From Patescibacteria group bacterium (GTDB taxonomy: Bacteria; Patescibacteriota; Patescibacteriia; UBA10025; JAHIVO01), in contig JAQULM010000003.1 in the NCBI GenBank assembly GCA_028718605.1, positions 80,971 through 144,970 on the forward strand: DNA of 64,000 bases, in the 5' to 3' direction. Every line of letters begins with the position of its first letter. Within the stretch, counting starts at the first letter, position 1. This document shows positions 54,578-63,984 of this stretch, piece after piece. The notes beneath the pieces were generated by a model. That model was given only the letters and a program-made list of their open reading frames with translations, was not told the DNA's origin and ran no database searches. A program made the translations under genes and the position numbers.

Positions 54578-54836
54578 TTGACAATTGTGCGACTATACGT
54601 ATAATACTACTGAGTACTGCTGCTACGCGCTAACGCCCTCCTTTCGAAACATCCGTACACTCACTTCGTACGGAATGAAGTGGAAAGGAGATGCGCCTTG
54701 GTACAAGACGGTGGTGGTAGCGACGGTGCTCCCGCTGCGTAACGTGGCGGTGGAGCTGATGGTTCATAGGAAAGCGCTGCTTTCCAGCTGAGCCTGATCA
54801 AAAGGGGTGGCGAGCGTATCGTCACCCTGTTTTTTC
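54578..54836 (+). ncRNA. Putative structured sRNA or micro-ORF transcript with promoter and terminator
   Basis: TTGACA-16-TATAAT (54578-54605); stem and pseudoknot 54638-54690; terminator 54805-54835. Confidence 0.5.
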
Positions 54837-54926
54837 TCCTCAGCCGATAAACAGCTGCATATCGTTACGACAGTATATGCCCGCCGGCTAACCTCAGTTG
54901 TATAAAAAATACCGCTACTCTGCTCC

Positions 54927-55676
54927 TTACTCAGCCGACATGAGGTCTCCGACGGCAAAGAGGATGAGCAGCGCGCCAATGCCGAATAACGCCAATCCAA
55001 ATACTATGTCGCCCCACGCCGACTTCCTGCCGTACCCCTTTTTAAGCGGCTGAGCGATGAGGAAGTACACGCCCAGGCAGACGGCCAGCCCGGCGAATGC
55101 GCCAATGGCGATTGCCAACCCGCGCGCGTTCAGGGTGGAAACGTACTGCACGCCGAACGTCACCGCAAACCCAACCACGGGCCCGAGGATGTAGTAGAAA
55201 AGCGGGTGATCGTAGTCAATCGGCTCGCGTGCCTCCTGAACAGCGCCGTTCGGAACCCGAGCCTTCAGCTGGTCAACGAGCTCCTGGAAACGGTCCATGC
55301 CATTGAGCACCATCGCGCTCCCCTTTCCTGCGAACAACTTCACGTGCCGCACGTCCCCTCGGGTCGTCTTCAGGATGTACACTCTGCGAATATCATCAAG
55401 CGTGATTGTGTCATCTGCCCTGGTGCTGATCCGCCGGACAAATTCATCGGTTAAGATTACTTTTGTTTTCAGATGGCGATCGAGCACGTTCATCGAAAGG
55501 ATGCGAAGTACCCACAGCGCGACGAAAAAGCAGCCGGTGAACATGAGCACCTGCGGTAAATCGGAGTGCCACAGTTTGAACAGCCCGAGGAAAAACCCGA
55601 CGGTCAGGGAAAATGTCACGACCAGGTTCGCCGTTTTCCGACGGTCAATTTCCTTTTTCGAAACATAATACTCCAT
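54927..55676 (-). CDS. Hypothetical membrane protein
   Basis: Two TM, PH-like soluble part, three more TM. Confidence 0.65.
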   Translation of the reverse strand: MEYYVSKKEIDRRKTANLVVTFSLTVGFFLGLFKLWHSDLPQVLMFTGCFFVALWVLRILSMNVLDRHLKTKVILTDEFVRRISTRADDTITLDDIRRVYILKTTRGDVRHVKLFAGKGSAMVLNGMDRFQELVDQLKARVPNGAVQEAREPIDYDHPLFYYILGPVVGFAVTFGVQYVSTLNARGLAIAIGAFAGLAVCLGVYFLIAQPLKKGYGRKSAWGDIVFGLALFGIGALLILFAVGDLMSAE

Positions 55677-55694
55677 ACAGCCAGTATATCAGCT

Positions 55695-56300
55695 TTAATG
55701 CTCGGTGGGGAGGCAAACCAACGCCCAATTGATATATTGATACGGCCTTCCCGAATATCGCCCTGGTAATTTCGCTTTGAACGGGTTGCGCTTGATGTAT
55801 TCAATCACCGTCCGGAAATACTCATCGGTATTCACGATGCGAATGTAAAAACGTTTTTGGAAATATGGGAAATTGATGCCATACGAATTCCGAAGCTGGT
55901 CATAAAAATATGATTTTATCCCATGCACCAAATCAGATACCGTGAATAATTTACCTGATCGCGCAACCACGGCGGGTTGCGCTCGGGAGATATTTATTTT
56001 GTTTTTATTCATACCGCACCCCGCTGTGGGTGCGGTGGAATTAATTACGGGTGCGGTTGATTTTTTTATCTCCGCGGCCGCGATGCCATTCCATCGGCCC
56101 GCGGCGCCCACGAGTATATGCACATGATCCGGCATGATTTGCCACGCCAACACATCGTATCCCTTCATCTCGCCCGTTTTTACAATAATACTCGCCAACA
56201 ACTCCGCGTATCTCGTCTCCTCAAATAACCGAAATCCCTCCCGAGTCCTGAACGTTACAAAATATGAATATTCATCCTGGTAAATTCTGCGCTGCGTCAT
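55695..56300 (-). mobile_element. REP-associated tyrosine transposase (Y1/IS200-like TnpA)
   Basis: YFVTFRT, MPDHVH (HUH), FQKRFY, EYIKRNP. Confidence 0.85.
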
Positions 56301-56471
56301 AAACAAAATCCCCACTGGTTCAGGGGAAGGTTGCTGTTATTGTATGCCAATAATTCACTCCTCGTCAATCCCCCCAAACCAAAAACAACGGCCTGCTCTG
56401 ACCCATTGACATTTCCTGGTTTTTTGATAGGGTAAGGAAAATCGAACCTTAACGTCATTGGAGGATACGCC

Positions 56472-56981
56472 TTGAACCATGTTGATTTTTTCCGGATAAC
56501 GAGCGAGGGCATCGAATCAGCAATCGGCACATTCATTCCAGAGGAGCTGAAAACCACGCTCTTCAGCCCTGACTACGCCGTCGATTTCCGACCTGACATT
56601 GTTGTCACTCTGCTGGAAAAAGTCGCATGCCGATACGGCTGCGACATCACCCATTCCCTGCCACAGCATAATATTACCGAACTAGCCAGACAGGTTGGAT
56701 TGGTAATCGTCCGGTTTGCCCAATCCCATGCCCGGCAATGCCAGTACTGCACCGAAAAGGTAGCCGCGCTCGCCATTCTCCTCCGGCTAATGAACACCTA
56801 CGTCGTGAAAAAGGTGTTCAACAGCATACCGAGGGAAATCCCTGACCGCGCGTATTACTTTTTCCTGGACACGGACGACCCGGACTACGTCACCGATACA
56901 TCGACGGAGTCAAGCGGCAAATCAAGCATACGTGACTATGTCAGACAGTGGGATATCACCGGCAATAACACGGTACACTGA
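56472..56981 (+). CDS. Orphan protein with HxxxCxxC finger (solo unit)
   Basis: HARQCQYC; GGAGG SD before TTG; promoter TTGACA-16-TAGGGT (56406-56433); terminator 57002-57035. Confidence 0.65.
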   Translation: MNHVDFFRITSEGIESAIGTFIPEELKTTLFSPDYAVDFRPDIVVTLLEKVACRYGCDITHSLPQHNITELARQVGLVIVRFAQSHARQCQYCTEKVAALAILLRLMNTYVVKKVFNSIPREIPDRAYYFFLDTDDPDYVTDTSTESSGKSSIRDYVRQWDITGNNTVH

Positions 56982-57146
56982 GCGACAGATGCCTCAATCC
57001 ACCCGGACGGAACCAACCGCCCGGGCTTTTTTATTCCCCCCAAACCAAAAACAGCGGCTGTACCATTGACTCGCAGCACATCAATGGAAGATAAAAAAGC
57101 GGGGCCTCGGGCTCCGCTTTACCAATGATGGACAAACATGATCTAG

Positions 57147-57512
57147 CTATGCGACCTGTGCCAGTAGATCGGCCGCCTTGATTCTGCTTGGCTGATTAAC
57201 CGTACCGATCCGATCAAGGTGCGGACAGTTATGTACCACGTCATTCTCCTTTCCCGGGCATTGCCAGCACTCACCTTTGCGTTGCGTGATGATGACTGTA
57301 TACTTTTTCGGATCAGGCAATTGTTTGACCTGCTCAGTCGCAACAGCAATCGCTGCCGTCTGGTCAGGGGCATAGAAACGCTCCATCGGCCCCTCAATTT
57401 TCCGATCGCCAATCGTCACCGATTTCGCCAAGCAAGCCTCTGGGAAGTCTTCTAGTACTTCCAGAAATTCATCTGAAACCAGAACCACCTCATACTGTTC
57501 AACTATTGGCAT
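57147..57512 (-). CDS. Orphan protein with CxxC/HxCxH motif (solo unit)
   Basis: AGGAGG SD; promoter TTGACA-16-TAAAGT (57588-57561); terminator 57093-57120. Confidence 0.65.
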   Translation of the reverse strand: MPIVEQYEVVLVSDEFLEVLEDFPEACLAKSVTIGDRKIEGPMERFYAPDQTAAIAVATEQVKQLPDPKKYTVIITQRKGECWQCPGKENDVVHNCPHLDRIGTVNQPSRIKAADLLAQVA

Positions 57513-57722
57513 CTCAAACCTCCTATAAAGGACTTCAATTGTTTGTATTAATATTTCCCTACTTTACCAAAAAAATACCAATTGTCAATAGGATTTATCC
57601 ATCCGGCGTGGAACCCCCCAAACCAAAAACAGCGTCCTGCTTGAGGCGCTGGGTTTAATTATCTTTTTCCGATATTGAATCGTAAAGGGGAATTGGTATG
57701 AGGCATTTTGGCAATCTATAAA

Positions 57723-59201
57723 TCACGATCTGCTCTCAAACTCATCTAGCACGCTTTGGAGAACGCCCTGACTTGGCTCCCACATATCAAAAAACGTAAA
57801 CAGCCCCTTACTTATATTAAAAACAACGTCTGCATAACTCGTAGTTAATAAATCTAATGTCATTTCTCTATCCCACCTTGCTTGCCGAGCAATACTTTTT
57901 CGCTTAAACATTGTAAATGCTCTCGTAGTATCAGACGCGGCTAACTGTCTTTCTTGTATACCTAAATGATTTATCTGGATACCGATAGTTGCCTTTGGGT
58001 CTAACTGCATATTTTTATAAATCTGAATACAGTGCTTAACTGCCTCAGCAATTCTCCAAATTCTAGTATCAAAATAAAGTATTCTTTCTTCCTCACCTTG
58101 TCTCCTTTCTCTGCTCCCTCGAGTATCCTCCTCAAAGGCCCTAAAAAAATAATACCCACCATTGAAATTGAAATGCCAATAATCAAATCCTGCGTTCTTA
58201 TCTGCAATGACACACCGTAAACCATCATTATCAGGCCGCGGCTTACCATCCTCATGATATGTAACAAGACCCATAGGCCAACCAGTATTTCTTAGTACAG
58301 ACTTATCGGCAATATCTAAGAGTCCTTTGTGTGTGTAAATATTTTTAGTTCCAGTTACAATATAATGTATAACTTCCAAACCCTCATACTTAAAACCATT
58401 ATCAGTAGCGATTTTTTGTGCCTGCTCGGACTGAGAAACCGAAATGTTATTTCTTGTTAAACTACTTTTTACTTGTTTCTTTTGAGCTGGAGGAATATCT
58501 TTTTTACTTTGGTCGGTCTTTATTTTTACGTTTTTAGGGGCAGTAAGAGGAGTAATTTTAAGACCCATCTCCTTCATCAAGTCGGTAAAACGACTTAGCA
58601 TCTCACTTTGTCTTTTTTCAATACATATATCAATTATTTTCTCCCAATCATCCGGGTTGGCAATTTTTATAGTCCTTGCCGCTTCAATTCGAATATATAA
58701 GGCGCCTTCCTCAAGAATATTACCAGCCGAGCTTTTACAAAAAAATGGTCTCTTCTTGAACCCCCTTACCTCAATAATGGGATATGTAATATTATTATCA
58801 ATATTTTGATCTTTGTGGACCAGTAAATCAATCTTGTCCGTGCCAGCGGTATATCTTTCTACTGTCTGTGCCAACTGACTCACTTCGTACGAACTTAAGA
58901 TCTCAGAGGGCATATCTTCGGCGGGTTGTGGCTTTCTATTATAATCTTCGGGATATCCAATAACAATATATCCACCACCAGCATTTGCCATCCCCAAAAT
59001 ATGTTTAATTAGCTTGTACGAAAAACCATCACGGCCGGTAAACTTAATAGCATCCTTGTAGTCGACACCCGGATCCTCTCCTGGGTACTTCAAAAACGAT
59101 TGACGTAATTTATATCCACGATCATCAATCAAACCCGACGATGTCGTAGTTGTAGAAGTAGATGTAGATAACGCTGTGCTAATTAAAGTATGAGTGTCCA
59201 T
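57723..59201 (-). CDS. AlbA_2/Schlafen-domain protein (low GC)
   Basis: E...VDYK, MANAGGGYIVIG, YIR motifs; clearly AT-rich. Confidence 0.75.
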   Translation of the reverse strand: MDTHTLISTALSTSTSTTTTSSGLIDDRGYKLRQSFLKYPGEDPGVDYKDAIKFTGRDGFSYKLIKHILGMANAGGGYIVIGYPEDYNRKPQPAEDMPSEILSSYEVSQLAQTVERYTAGTDKIDLLVHKDQNIDNNITYPIIEVRGFKKRPFFCKSSAGNILEEGALYIRIEAARTIKIANPDDWEKIIDICIEKRQSEMLSRFTDLMKEMGLKITPLTAPKNVKIKTDQSKKDIPPAQKKQVKSSLTRNNISVSQSEQAQKIATDNGFKYEGLEVIHYIVTGTKNIYTHKGLLDIADKSVLRNTGWPMGLVTYHEDGKPRPDNDGLRCVIADKNAGFDYWHFNFNGGYYFFRAFEEDTRGSRERRQGEEERILYFDTRIWRIAEAVKHCIQIYKNMQLDPKATIGIQINHLGIQERQLAASDTTRAFTMFKRKSIARQARWDREMTLDLLTTSYADVVFNISKGLFTFFDMWEPSQGVLQSVLDEFESRS

Positions 59202-59211
59202 AAAATACCAC

Positions 59212-59586
59212 CTATTTAGCATCGCTATTAACTATCTCATCCCCCACCCCAGTCAGGCTCTTTTTTCCATTCACTTCCTTCCTGATCACGATCAGCATTA
59301 CGAAGAGCGCTATTGCCGGCACCAGGTAGGCCAGGTCAAACCAGCCCACCTGGTCGGTGATGGTGAGGACGATATTAATTCCGGCCATGATGATGGCGAC
59401 CCACCAGGCCCAGCGGTATTTTTTATTGAGATAGTAGGTCAGGATAAAAAGGACCACGGCGAACCCGAGCCCGTTGACGAAATAAAAAATCCGGTACACC
59501 TTACCGCCGAAAAGCCAGGTCACGGCGAACACCGCCCAAAATACAGAAGTCAGGTACATGAGGATGATTGTGGCGCGGAATTTCAT
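59212..59586 (-). CDS. Small 4-TM membrane protein
   Basis: Hydrophobic segments, ITDQVGWFD loop. Confidence 0.65.
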   Translation of the reverse strand: MKFRATIILMYLTSVFWAVFAVTWLFGGKVYRIFYFVNGLGFAVVLFILTYYLNKKYRWAWWVAIIMAGINIVLTITDQVGWFDLAYLVPAIALFVMLIVIRKEVNGKKSLTGVGDEIVNSDAK

Positions 59587-59618
59587 AATTTAGTAAACAT
59601 GAAACTTTTTCGGCCGTC

Positions 59619-60038
59619 CTATGGGCGTAGCTTATACGACTCCCTCACCCACCCGAGTAGCTCAGTATCAATATCTTTCGCTGAACTGATGCGCAGGCAG
59701 TTTTTGAATGTCGTTTTGGACATTGGGACGCTCGCGAAAATGCGTTTGCTCTTGATCGGGTGGCTGTGCCCGAGGCGCAGTTCCAACACGCCGTTGCGCT
59801 TGGGCAGGACGGCCATGAAGTCGCGGATGTGGTGCACGCGGATGCAGCACGGCAGGGCGTACACTTTCACCGGCCCGATTTTCTGGGTGATTGCCTTTTT
59901 CAATTGCGCGAACAGCTTTTCGGCCTCCTCTTTATTCCTGAAGTGGTTCTCCACTGGATAAATCACGCAAGAGTGGGGGCGGTTTTCCCGGTCAAAGGTG
60001 CGGTGGCACTTGGGGCAGGTCCATATGGTAGTCATATG
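59619..60038 (-). CDS. DUF5655-like protein with N-terminal Zn knuckle
   Basis: WTCPKCHRTF....PHSC; DIDTELLGWVRESY. Confidence 0.7.
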   Translation of the reverse strand, partial: HMTTIWTCPKCHRTFDRENRPHSCVIYPVENHFRNKEEAEKLFAQLKKAITQKIGPVKVYALPCCIRVHHIRDFMAVLPKRNGVLELRLGHSHPIKSKRIFASVPMSKTTFKNCLRISSAKDIDTELLGWVRESYKLRP

Positions 60039-60044
60039 ATCCAA

Positions 60045-60821
60045 TTATTGCTCCAGCGTGAAATAATGTACAGGGTCCAGGTAATCCGTGGGAAAATTGC
60101 AGTAGGTGGTGTTGGGCTGGCCGTCCTTGCACGTGCAGGGCGACTGCGCGCGCACCTGCTTATCGATAATCATTTCCTGAACACTCGCGCCGGTAGCTGA
60201 ATAGCCAGACAGGACGTTGCCGGAAAAATGGTTGAAAATAGAATCAATATTTTGGTAAAAATTTTCCGTTCTGGCTTTCAGTGAAATATCAAAGTCATCA
60301 CCGCGCTCGCTGAATACGGCATACCCCAGCAGCTCCCCGGCCGTTACCTGCTGTCCCTCAACCATGCTCTCCAGATTTTTCACGTGGAATATGGTCAGCT
60401 GCCAGCTATCCGCTTCATTGGGAACGAGCGTCAGGTGGTTGCCCCGGCCAGAGTATTCAATGCTCTCAATAACCCCGTCAAACGGCGAAAAAACGTTTAC
60501 CTGGTTATCACTCGGGCTAAATTCTTCCTGCGGTACGAAATAGTGTTTCAAACTGCTGGACGCCTCCGGCTCGCCCTGGAGGCTGGTGGCGCCGTACCAG
60601 TGTCCGGCGCAGGAACGGAAGCGTGAAATGGCGAGGATTTGGGTAAGGTCGACCGGATTGGCGGTGATAAATTTGTCATCAGCCATTTCGGCTAGGTTGA
60701 CAGTGTCCGGCTTGAATTTGTCTTTTAAAACAAAACCGACCGCCAGCACGGCGATAAGTACGATCAATACCAAAACCCACCAGAAACGTTTGAAGAATGA
60801 TTTTTTTGGCTGGGTGTCCAT
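60045..60821 (-). CDS. Membrane-anchored M23-like protein
   Basis: ISRFRSCAGH, KHYF, VFSPFDG, VTAGELLG. Confidence 0.6.
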   Translation of the reverse strand: MDTQPKKSFFKRFWWVLVLIVLIAVLAVGFVLKDKFKPDTVNLAEMADDKFITANPVDLTQILAISRFRSCAGHWYGATSLQGEPEASSSLKHYFVPQEEFSPSDNQVNVFSPFDGVIESIEYSGRGNHLTLVPNEADSWQLTIFHVKNLESMVEGQQVTAGELLGYAVFSERGDDFDISLKARTENFYQNIDSIFNHFSGNVLSGYSATGASVQEMIIDKQVRAQSPCTCKDGQPNTTYCNFPTDYLDPVHYFTLEQ

Positions 60822-60843
60822 TGAATAAAATGTAAATTCATTT

Positions 60844-61290
60844 CTAAGATTTGACTAACTCTCGTAACCTGTCTATAAAAGCTTTTTCCCACATTTTAAG
60901 CGCATACCAGTCATATAACGGCTTGGCGATGAACGCAAAAAACCTATTCCGTATGTGCAACTGGTAACGGTAGTTAATTTTTGTGCCTTCCGGGACTTCC
61001 TCCAATAATAATTCTTCATGCCCCGTATGCCCCAAGGTATCATTCTGATTTTCCGAAATATAGCCCCTGCCTGGCAACAATCTCGTTTTCATTTTCACGG
61101 GAATCACCATGCCAAAAGACTTTGCTTTTGCATCAATATATAGTGTGTCCCCCTCCCGCTTTGTGATTTTGAGGGAATACGCAACCTTCGGAAAACGCTC
61201 AGGCATTTTTTCAAAATCGCTGACGATCCGGTATATTTTTTCTTTTGGAGCTTGCAGTATCCAGCTGCCTTTGAGTTCGATCTGTTTCAT
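60844..61290 (-). CDS. SRPBCC/START family protein
   Basis: APKEKIYRIVSDFEKMPERFP; EGTKINY. Confidence 0.75.
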   Translation of the reverse strand: MKQIELKGSWILQAPKEKIYRIVSDFEKMPERFPKVAYSLKITKREGDTLYIDAKAKSFGMVIPVKMKTRLLPGRGYISENQNDTLGHTGHEELLLEEVPEGTKINYRYQLHIRNRFFAFIAKPLYDWYALKMWEKAFIDRLRELVKS

Positions 61291-61470
61291 TTATTTTTTA
61301 ACTCAATGGTTAAACCAATGAATGAGAATTATATTAGTAAATTCTTTGGTTGGGTGTCCATAAACGTGATGAGTTATTCGGTGCGATCGCATCGGAGGCA
61401 GGTGCATTGTTTTACAAATGAATGTAACGATTACCTTTTTACCGATCCGATTCCGCGCCGCCCCTCCACC

Positions 61471-61634
61471 GTCATCCTGAGCGAAACGAAGTGGAGTCGA
61501 AGGATCCCCTAGTAAAAAGTACCGAGATTCTTCGCCCCTGCCTATGGCCAGGGGCTCAGAATGACAAAGTAAGGGGTGATAAGTAACGGGGCGGCGCTTC
61601 CCTTCGACTCCACCCTTTCGGGCTCCGCTCAGGG
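61471..61634. repeat. REP-like palindromic elements
   Basis: GTCATCCTGAGC...GCTCAGAATGAC (61471-61565) and CCCTTCGAC...GCTCAGGG (61600-61634). Confidence 0.7.
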
Positions 61635-61673
61635 CATGCTTTTCTGTGCGTAAAGAAAAGTGGACGAAACACG

Positions 61674-62354
61674 TTACTTTTTCCCGATAACTACCACGTA
61701 CTCCCCCCGCGGTTCTTCACCGAGAATTTTCTGCGCCACATCGGACAACGTCCCCGCATAGAGCGTTTCGAACTTCTTGGTGAGTTCCCGGCACACCACT
61801 ACCTGCCGGTCGGGCGCGCACCGTTCCTGCAACTGCTCCATCGCTTTTTTAATGCGGTAGGGCGATTCGTAAAAAATCACGGTGCGCTTGCACGCCGCGA
61901 CCTCGTCGAACAATTTATTCCTCCCCTTCTTGTGCGGCAGGAACCCGAGGAATAGGAACTCATCAGTAGGCAGCCCGGCAACCGACGCTGCTGCCGTCAG
62001 CGCGGACGCGCCAGGGATCGGGCTTATAGTAACGCCATCCCCGAACTCCTCGCGTACTCTTCGTACTAACCGACCGCCCGGATCGGAAATCGTGGGGGTG
62101 CCGCTGTCACTGACCAGTGCCAATGATTTGCCCTGGCGGAGCAGGCCAAATATCGCTTCCGTTTTTTCTTCGTTTGAATGCTGGTGGTAGCTCTGCAGCG
62201 GCTTCTTGATGTTGAAATGGTTGAGGAGCTGGAGCGTGTGCCTGGTGTCCTCGCACAGGATAACGTCAACAGCACCCAATACGCGCAATGCGCGCTGGGT
62301 CATGTCTTCCAGGTTGCCGATCGGCGTTGCGACGATGTACAGTGTGGCTGCCAT
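61674..62354 (-). CDS. rsmI: 16S rRNA C1402 2'-O-methyltransferase
   Basis: LYIVATPIGNLED, CEDTR, SDSGTPTISDPG, RELTKKFE. Confidence 0.96.
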   Translation of the reverse strand: MAATLYIVATPIGNLEDMTQRALRVLGAVDVILCEDTRHTLQLLNHFNIKKPLQSYHQHSNEEKTEAIFGLLRQGKSLALVSDSGTPTISDPGGRLVRRVREEFGDGVTISPIPGASALTAAASVAGLPTDEFLFLGFLPHKKGRNKLFDEVAACKRTVIFYESPYRIKKAMEQLQERCAPDRQVVVCRELTKKFETLYAGTLSDVAQKILGEEPRGEYVVVIGKK

Positions 62355-62518
62355 ATCTGGATTATACCACGCTGCGGGAATATGGGGAGAGAACAACCTG
62401 CGTATGCATACCCGAACAAACATATCGCGTTCCTCAATAGTACCTTGACCGGGTAACACAATGCGGCTATACTCATCCAATAACATCGTTCACGTTTTAA
62501 CAAAAGGGAGAGTGGCAC

Positions 62519-62851
62519 ATGTACCACCAGTTCGGTGCAGGTCCATCCTATTCCAGCATCTTTCGAGGGTATTCCTCCATATATGTAGCGTACCGGCAGC
62601 CTCCGCCGATCAGGTCTCGGCGACCGGCACATGTATGCGTCAGGGTGCGCGATGACGAAACGCTCGATAAGGCGCTGCGCCGCTTCACCAGGGAGTGCGA
62701 GAAGGAAGGCCTCTTCGGCGAAATGAGGCGCCACCGGCAGTACATCTCGCCATCGGACGAACGCAAGTACCGGAAACGGCGCAACGAACGGCGCCGCCGG
62801 AAAGAGGCGCGCCTCGCCGAACAGGGGCAGCCATCAGGATGGGCCGTATGA
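62519..62851 (+). CDS. rpsU: Ribosomal protein bS21-like with N-terminal extension (solo unit)
   Basis: VRVRDDETLDKALRRF.R..EKEG...EMRR...Y.SPS; AGGGAG SD; promoter TTGACC-17-TATACT (62445-62473); terminator 62861-62896. Confidence 0.75.
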   Translation: MYHQFGAGPSYSSIFRGYSSIYVAYRQPPPIRSRRPAHVCVRVRDDETLDKALRRFTRECEKEGLFGEMRRHRQYISPSDERKYRKRRNERRRRKEARLAEQGQPSGWAV

Positions 62852-62925
62852 AACAACAACAGGGCAGGGCCAGGAATTGGCACTGCCTTGTTTTTATTAT
62901 TTGAAAAAAAGATGGAAGCGCGCGG

Positions 62926-63984
62926 TTACGGTTCCAGCGTATTGTGCTCCTCTTCCTTCAGCGCCATAAAATCTTCCGCAAACGCCTTGATAATAAGCGC
63001 GAATGGCACGGCGAGCATGATACCAACAACTCCGGCAAGTTTCGCGCCAACCAGCATCACGATAATCACGACCAGCGGATTCAGGCCGACTGTCTTTTCC
63101 ATTACTTTCGGGACTAAGAGATGGTTTTCAAGCTGTTGGATAACGACGTACCAGGCAATGACGAGCACTGCTTTGAGGAAGCTGCCTGCAGTGAGGGCGA
63201 TAAACACGGCGGGTACCGCACCGAGGAACGGGCCAAGGTACGGAATAAACTCAGTCAAGCCTGCCCATAAACCGAGAACCAGCGAAAACTTGACGCCCAG
63301 GATCCGCAGCCCAATAAACGCGAGCACGCCGATAATCAAGCACAGTATGAGCTGCCCGCGGAGCCACAAACGCAACCGCTCCTGCGCGCGGTTCATGAGC
63401 TGGAACACGTACGGCTGGTACTTCGCCGGCGTCAATGAACGGATAAATTTCTTGAGGGCGTTTTCCTCCAGCAACATATAGAATGTGATGACGACAATGC
63501 CGATAAAGGAAAGGAAGCCGCCAAACACGCTCGCAACCGCATTAAATACGCCTGCGGTTGTTTGGCCCATATTTGCCTGCAGTGACTGGAGCGCCGCCTG
63601 CAGATTATTAAGCAAACCCTGCTGCATGGAATATTCGCGGAACCGCGTAAAATCCGCGAGAATCCTATTGTAATATACGGGAAAATTCTTGGTAATTTCG
63701 CTGATTTCATTCGCGATCGGAGGTATCATCAGCACCAGGACGATGATAAACGAACCGAAAAAAGCAAGGTAGATAAAAGCGGTCGCAAGAATGCGCGGAA
63801 CCCGCCGGCGCTGCAGGGCGTTGATCCACGGATTGAGCGCGGTTGCGATGATGATGGACACGATCAGAATCAGGACGACGTCCCGTAAAAGGTACAACAG
63901 CGCCAACAGGCCGGCGATCAAAATCACCTTCAAGATCGTCTTGGTCGAAATATTTATTGTCAGCTGGCGACCGCTTGGTTCCAT
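62926..63984 (-). CDS. AI-2E family transporter
   Basis: EFIPYLGP, QQLENHLLVP, GLNP, LAVP. Confidence 0.92.
   Translation of the reverse strand: MEPSGRQLTINISTKTILKVILIAGLLALLYLLRDVVLILIVSIIIATALNPWINALQRRRVPRILATAFIYLAFFGSFIIVLVLMIPPIANEISEITKNFPVYYNRILADFTRFREYSMQQGLLNNLQAALQSLQANMGQTTAGVFNAVASVFGGFLSFIGIVVITFYMLLEENALKKFIRSLTPAKYQPYVFQLMNRAQERLRLWLRGQLILCLIIGVLAFIGLRILGVKFSLVLGLWAGLTEFIPYLGPFLGAVPAVFIALTAGSFLKAVLVIAWYVVIQQLENHLLVPKVMEKTVGLNPLVVIIVMLVGAKLAGVVGIMLAVPFALIIKAFAEDFMALKEEEHNTLEP

Larger units (their letters stand above)
56370..57631 (+). repeat. Three copies of 18-bp direct repeat CCCCCCAAACCAAAAACA
   Basis: Identical copies at 56370-56387, 57036-57053, 57614-57631 with partial similarity continuing 3'. 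Confidence 0.85.

Noticed and set aside
54691-54720. MRLGTRRWW* looks like a trp leader peptide
   Set aside because: ATG abuts the SD with zero spacing and no trp genes lie downstream on that strand
56370-57631. Possible CRISPR array or integron
   Set aside because: Spacers are about 600 bp and gene-containing; no cas genes, integrase or attC-type inverted cores seen
59194-59961. 255-aa plus-strand ORF
   Set aside because: Antisense shadow of two plausible minus-strand genes
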